A stretch of 64,000 nt of DNA from Clostridia bacterium (lineage in GTDB: Bacteria; Bacillota; Clostridia; UBA1212; DUPL01): the NCBI GenBank assembly GCA_050951325.1, contig JBMNIW010000012.1, positions 384,001 to 448,000 of the forward strand, written 5' to 3'. Under the pieces are notes generated by a model, which was not told the origin of the DNA, did no database searches, and saw nothing but the letters and a program-made list of their open reading frames with translations. Both the position numbers and the translations under genes were made by a program. Of the stretch, positions 61,247-64,000 are shown in pieces (the first letter of the stretch is position 1; every line of letters starts with the position of its first letter).

Positions 61247-61825
61247 TTACTCTGTAGGTTCAATTATTTCTAATCTAAAGTTCCAACCTTCGCAGGACAT
61301 CAATATCCTACCGAATTCCTCCAGGCTGTATTCCAGTCCATCTATGATAAATTTGGGCGTTCTGTCATATCTATCATCCCCTTCAATACGCCCTTCTACT
61401 ACATTCCCCTTAATAGAGACAAGTTCTTGTCCTTGAATTATTCCTTTCCTTATAAACTTTTTTGATAACCCTTTCTTTATCTTTTTATAAAGTCTTTCCA
61501 GAGCATCATTTGAATCTTCTTCAAAATCCTGATGTACTTCAAAAGAATAGCCTATTTTATTTTCGCCTATAAACTCTACCGCTTCCCAACAAATACCTGT
61601 TGGGTTTATCATTTTTCCTATTTTAAATCGATGTTCTATTCCATCGCAATCTATAAAAGTAACCTCTTTTTCAAAATCTTTATAGTCTTCAAAACCAAGC
61701 ATATTAGCCGCAAACTCGTTGTAGCAGTCTCTACATATAGATTGGGATGGCTCGTCTTCTTTTATAGTTAAGACTACCATTCCAAAACCGCTTGCCACTC
61801 TTTCACACTTTTGACACCTATTCAT
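61247..61825 (-). CDS. Hypothetical protein with N-terminal CxxC...CxxC zinc ribbon
   Basis: CQKC...CRDC; C-terminal IDG..YS.EEFG..L...EGW.F. Confidence 0.75.
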   Translation of the reverse strand: MNRCQKCERVASGFGMVVLTIKEDEPSQSICRDCYNEFAANMLGFEDYKDFEKEVTFIDCDGIEHRFKIGKMINPTGICWEAVEFIGENKIGYSFEVHQDFEEDSNDALERLYKKIKKGLSKKFIRKGIIQGQELVSIKGNVVEGRIEGDDRYDRTPKFIIDGLEYSLEEFGRILMSCEGWNFRLEIIEPTE

Positions 61826-61854
61826 GCAAATTCTCTCCTTAAAACCGACTGGAA

Positions 61855-62748
61855 TTACTCTTGAATCCTATATTTTTCTATCATCCTCTTTGAAATAGAA
61901 GTTAACTGCTCTTTTACTAATATCTTTTCTTTCCATCTGTCAGGGATAGCACCATAGCCATAATACACTCCAGCCATTCCGCCGGTAATTGCGGCTATAG
62001 TATCCGCATCTCCTCCAAGGTTGGCCGCTTCACACACAGCATCCTCGAAGGAAGAAGTATTAATAAAACACCATAATGCACATATCAATGTATCAAGCAC
62101 ATATCCCGTTGGCTTCAGTTGGTCTTTTGACAACTGAAATACCTGCTTATATTCTGGGTACTTTTCAATATATTCCCTAATAGGTGGTATTTTAGACTTA
62201 CCATTGAGATACTGGTAAACTAACAGATTATAAAACTGGCAGGCATCTGTCGCTTTTTGGTCATAATGGGTAAGAACGCTTTGCGAAGCAGTTATCACCA
62301 GCATTTTTTCAACATCATTATAATATAATGCAACCGGTAAACACCTCATAAGTGAACCATTGCCGGCGCTCATACCGCCTGTTGTTTGATGAGCGTAATA
62401 GGCTGTTTTCATCCAGTCATTGCTTCTTTTATACTCGCCAAGTGCAATTCGGATAATGTTGCCGATATCTTTAGGTTTACTATCATACCATTTAATAAAG
62501 TGTTTTCCGATATCTTCGATAGGATTCTCTGGGTTGTCCAGGATGCCTTCTGCGACAGCAATAGTCATCATTGTATCGTCCGTCACTTCCCCAGGTTCCA
62601 GGTCCCAACAGCCACCACCGATAATGTCTTTTAAGTATCCATACTTTCTTTTAATCTCATCCTTTAACATAAACTCAAGCGTTGCACCCAGTGCATCACC
62701 GCAAGCGACCCCAAAAAGCCCTCCAAGTATCCGTTCATATCGATCCAT
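61855..62748 (-). CDS. ADP-ribosylglycohydrolase (DraG/ARH family)
   Basis: GDALGA, TDDT, GNGSLMR, TH, GGDADT. Confidence 0.93.
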   Translation of the reverse strand: MDRYERILGGLFGVACGDALGATLEFMLKDEIKRKYGYLKDIIGGGCWDLEPGEVTDDTMMTIAVAEGILDNPENPIEDIGKHFIKWYDSKPKDIGNIIRIALGEYKRSNDWMKTAYYAHQTTGGMSAGNGSLMRCLPVALYYNDVEKMLVITASQSVLTHYDQKATDACQFYNLLVYQYLNGKSKIPPIREYIEKYPEYKQVFQLSKDQLKPTGYVLDTLICALWCFINTSSFEDAVCEAANLGGDADTIAAITGGMAGVYYGYGAIPDRWKEKILVKEQLTSISKRMIEKYRIQE

Positions 62749-62771
62749 TCAGATTCCTCCTATAACATCTG

Positions 62772-64000
62772 CTAAGGCCTGCTGTTTAACTTCTCATAAG
62801 TCTCAATCAGCATATACTCCATAAGAGCATTCTTAAATTGCTCATCGTCTAAAATACGGGTAAAGAATGCCTGGTTCTGGTCCATCCTATCAATCACTTT
62901 ATTAATAAACACTTTCTCAAAAGCAAGCCTAAAGTCGTCAATGGTATTTGTTTTAGCCTTTTGAACCAAATCTTCATCAGCAGCAAAATCCTCTTTTATT
63001 TGCTCTACCGATAATTGGTCCGCTTTTGTGAAATTAGTTCCAAACCGCTTATTAAGACGCTCAATAATGCTGGACAGATATTCTTCCTGTTCTTCCTTTA
63101 CCCCAGTTCCTGCAAATTTTACAGGTGTAACTGGTACATTTTCATCATCTGGGGTTAATGAGATGCTCCCTTCAAAGGTCTTTTTGGTAGTATAATACTC
63201 TAAAGCAATTTCATCAGCAAGATGAACAGTCGAGCCTTTTTCCTTTGGAAGTTTTTTAAGCAGATATGTTAAATATACATACAACTTATGGAGTTCAACA
63301 TCTTCAAAAGGCGTTATTTGAAGAATAAAGGAATAAAGCCTTATGTATTTCGTCGCTTGGCTACTGAAATCTTGCTTTCGCTGTTCCTCTAGTTTCTTAA
63401 ACCTCTCTACGGCTATATCTATCAAATGATTTAACACTGCCCTATCTTTGGAAGTCTTTTTATCCTTGGGCTTAAAATAAATATAAGCAAACTTATCTAA
63501 TTCCTCTTTGAGATATACACCGTAAGCATGTAGTTGAGTTTCAATATCATAGAGCAAGTTAGGTTCTGTAACTTCTTCCACAATAGTTGCCTGATAATAG
63601 GGCTTGAAGGCTTCCTGAATATCCTCTGCCTTATTTACAAAGTCAAGGATAAAGGTATCATCTTTTCCTGCACATTTTCTATTGAGCCTTGATAAAGTCT
63701 GTACTGCCTTGACTCCCGACAACTTTTTATCGACATACATGGTATGTAAAAGAGGCTGGTCAAAACCTGTCTGGTACTTTTCAGCAACTAAAAGTACCTG
63801 ATATTCATCCGTGGCAAAGCGTTCTGGAAGTTCCGATTCCTTAAAGCCATTCATATCACTTTCTTTATAATCTACACCACCGTCTTTTACCGTTCCTGAA
63901 AAGGCTACTAATGTCTTCATATCCTTATAGCCCTTCTTTTTGATATATTCATCAAATGCATGTTTATAGCGTACAGCATGGAGCCTGGAACTAGTTACAA
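62772..64000 (-). CDS. hsdR: Type I restriction endonuclease subunit R, C-terminal part
   Basis: SRLHAVRY, VAFSG, KYQTGFDQP.LHTMYVDK, AVQTLSRLNR; frame open to window end. Confidence 0.93.
   Translation of the reverse strand, partial: VTSSRLHAVRYKHAFDEYIKKKGYKDMKTLVAFSGTVKDGGVDYKESDMNGFKESELPERFATDEYQVLLVAEKYQTGFDQPLLHTMYVDKKLSGVKAVQTLSRLNRKCAGKDDTFILDFVNKAEDIQEAFKPYYQATIVEEVTEPNLLYDIETQLHAYGVYLKEELDKFAYIYFKPKDKKTSKDRAVLNHLIDIAVERFKKLEEQRKQDFSSQATKYIRLYSFILQITPFEDVELHKLYVYLTYLLKKLPKEKGSTVHLADEIALEYYTTKKTFEGSISLTPDDENVPVTPVKFAGTGVKEEQEEYLSSIIERLNKRFGTNFTKADQLSVEQIKEDFAADEDLVQKAKTNTIDDFRLAFEKVFINKVIDRMDQNQAFFTRILDDEQFKNALMEYMLIETYEKLNSRP

Larger units (their letters stand above)
54277..64000. 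mobile_element. AT-rich genomic island or integrated element (left boundary approximate; continues beyond window)
   Basis: Visible compositional shift; primase, resolvase with res site, Rpn-like, ADP-ribosylglycohydrolase and HsdR genes. Confidence 0.65.

Overview
A low-GC Clostridia-like (Firmicutes) chromosomal window. Core genes: ybaB-recR-prfA-sua5-ywlE-upp, uvrC, a Ca-type P-ATPase, cls, yhbY and tRNA-Arg(ACG). Accessory blocks: (1) a carbohydrate region with a GH78 rhamnosidase, three paralogous surface proteins, a GH99-like enzyme, an esterase, and an AraC / Zn-dehydrogenase / glycyl radical enzyme / activase operon; (2) a surface-polysaccharide locus with a LicC-like cytidylyltransferase, an amino acid racemase and a TagF-like transferase; (3) four diverged Spo0A-like regulators in a row; (4) an AT-rich island from about 54.3 kb to the window end with a RepB-type primase gene bracketed by two inverted hairpin repeats, a resolvase with a three-part res site, an Rpn-like protein, an ADP-ribosylglycohydrolase and a type I restriction HsdR. 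Best novelty candidates: the hairpin-bracketed primase cassette, a yyaL gene interrupted by an in-frame 21-nt amber-containing insert next to its CxxC motif, the Spo0A-like array, the unassigned glycyl radical enzyme, an apparently inactive RAYT-like protein, and a membrane-fused ECF sigma factor. All family calls come from motif recognition by eye; no database searches were run.
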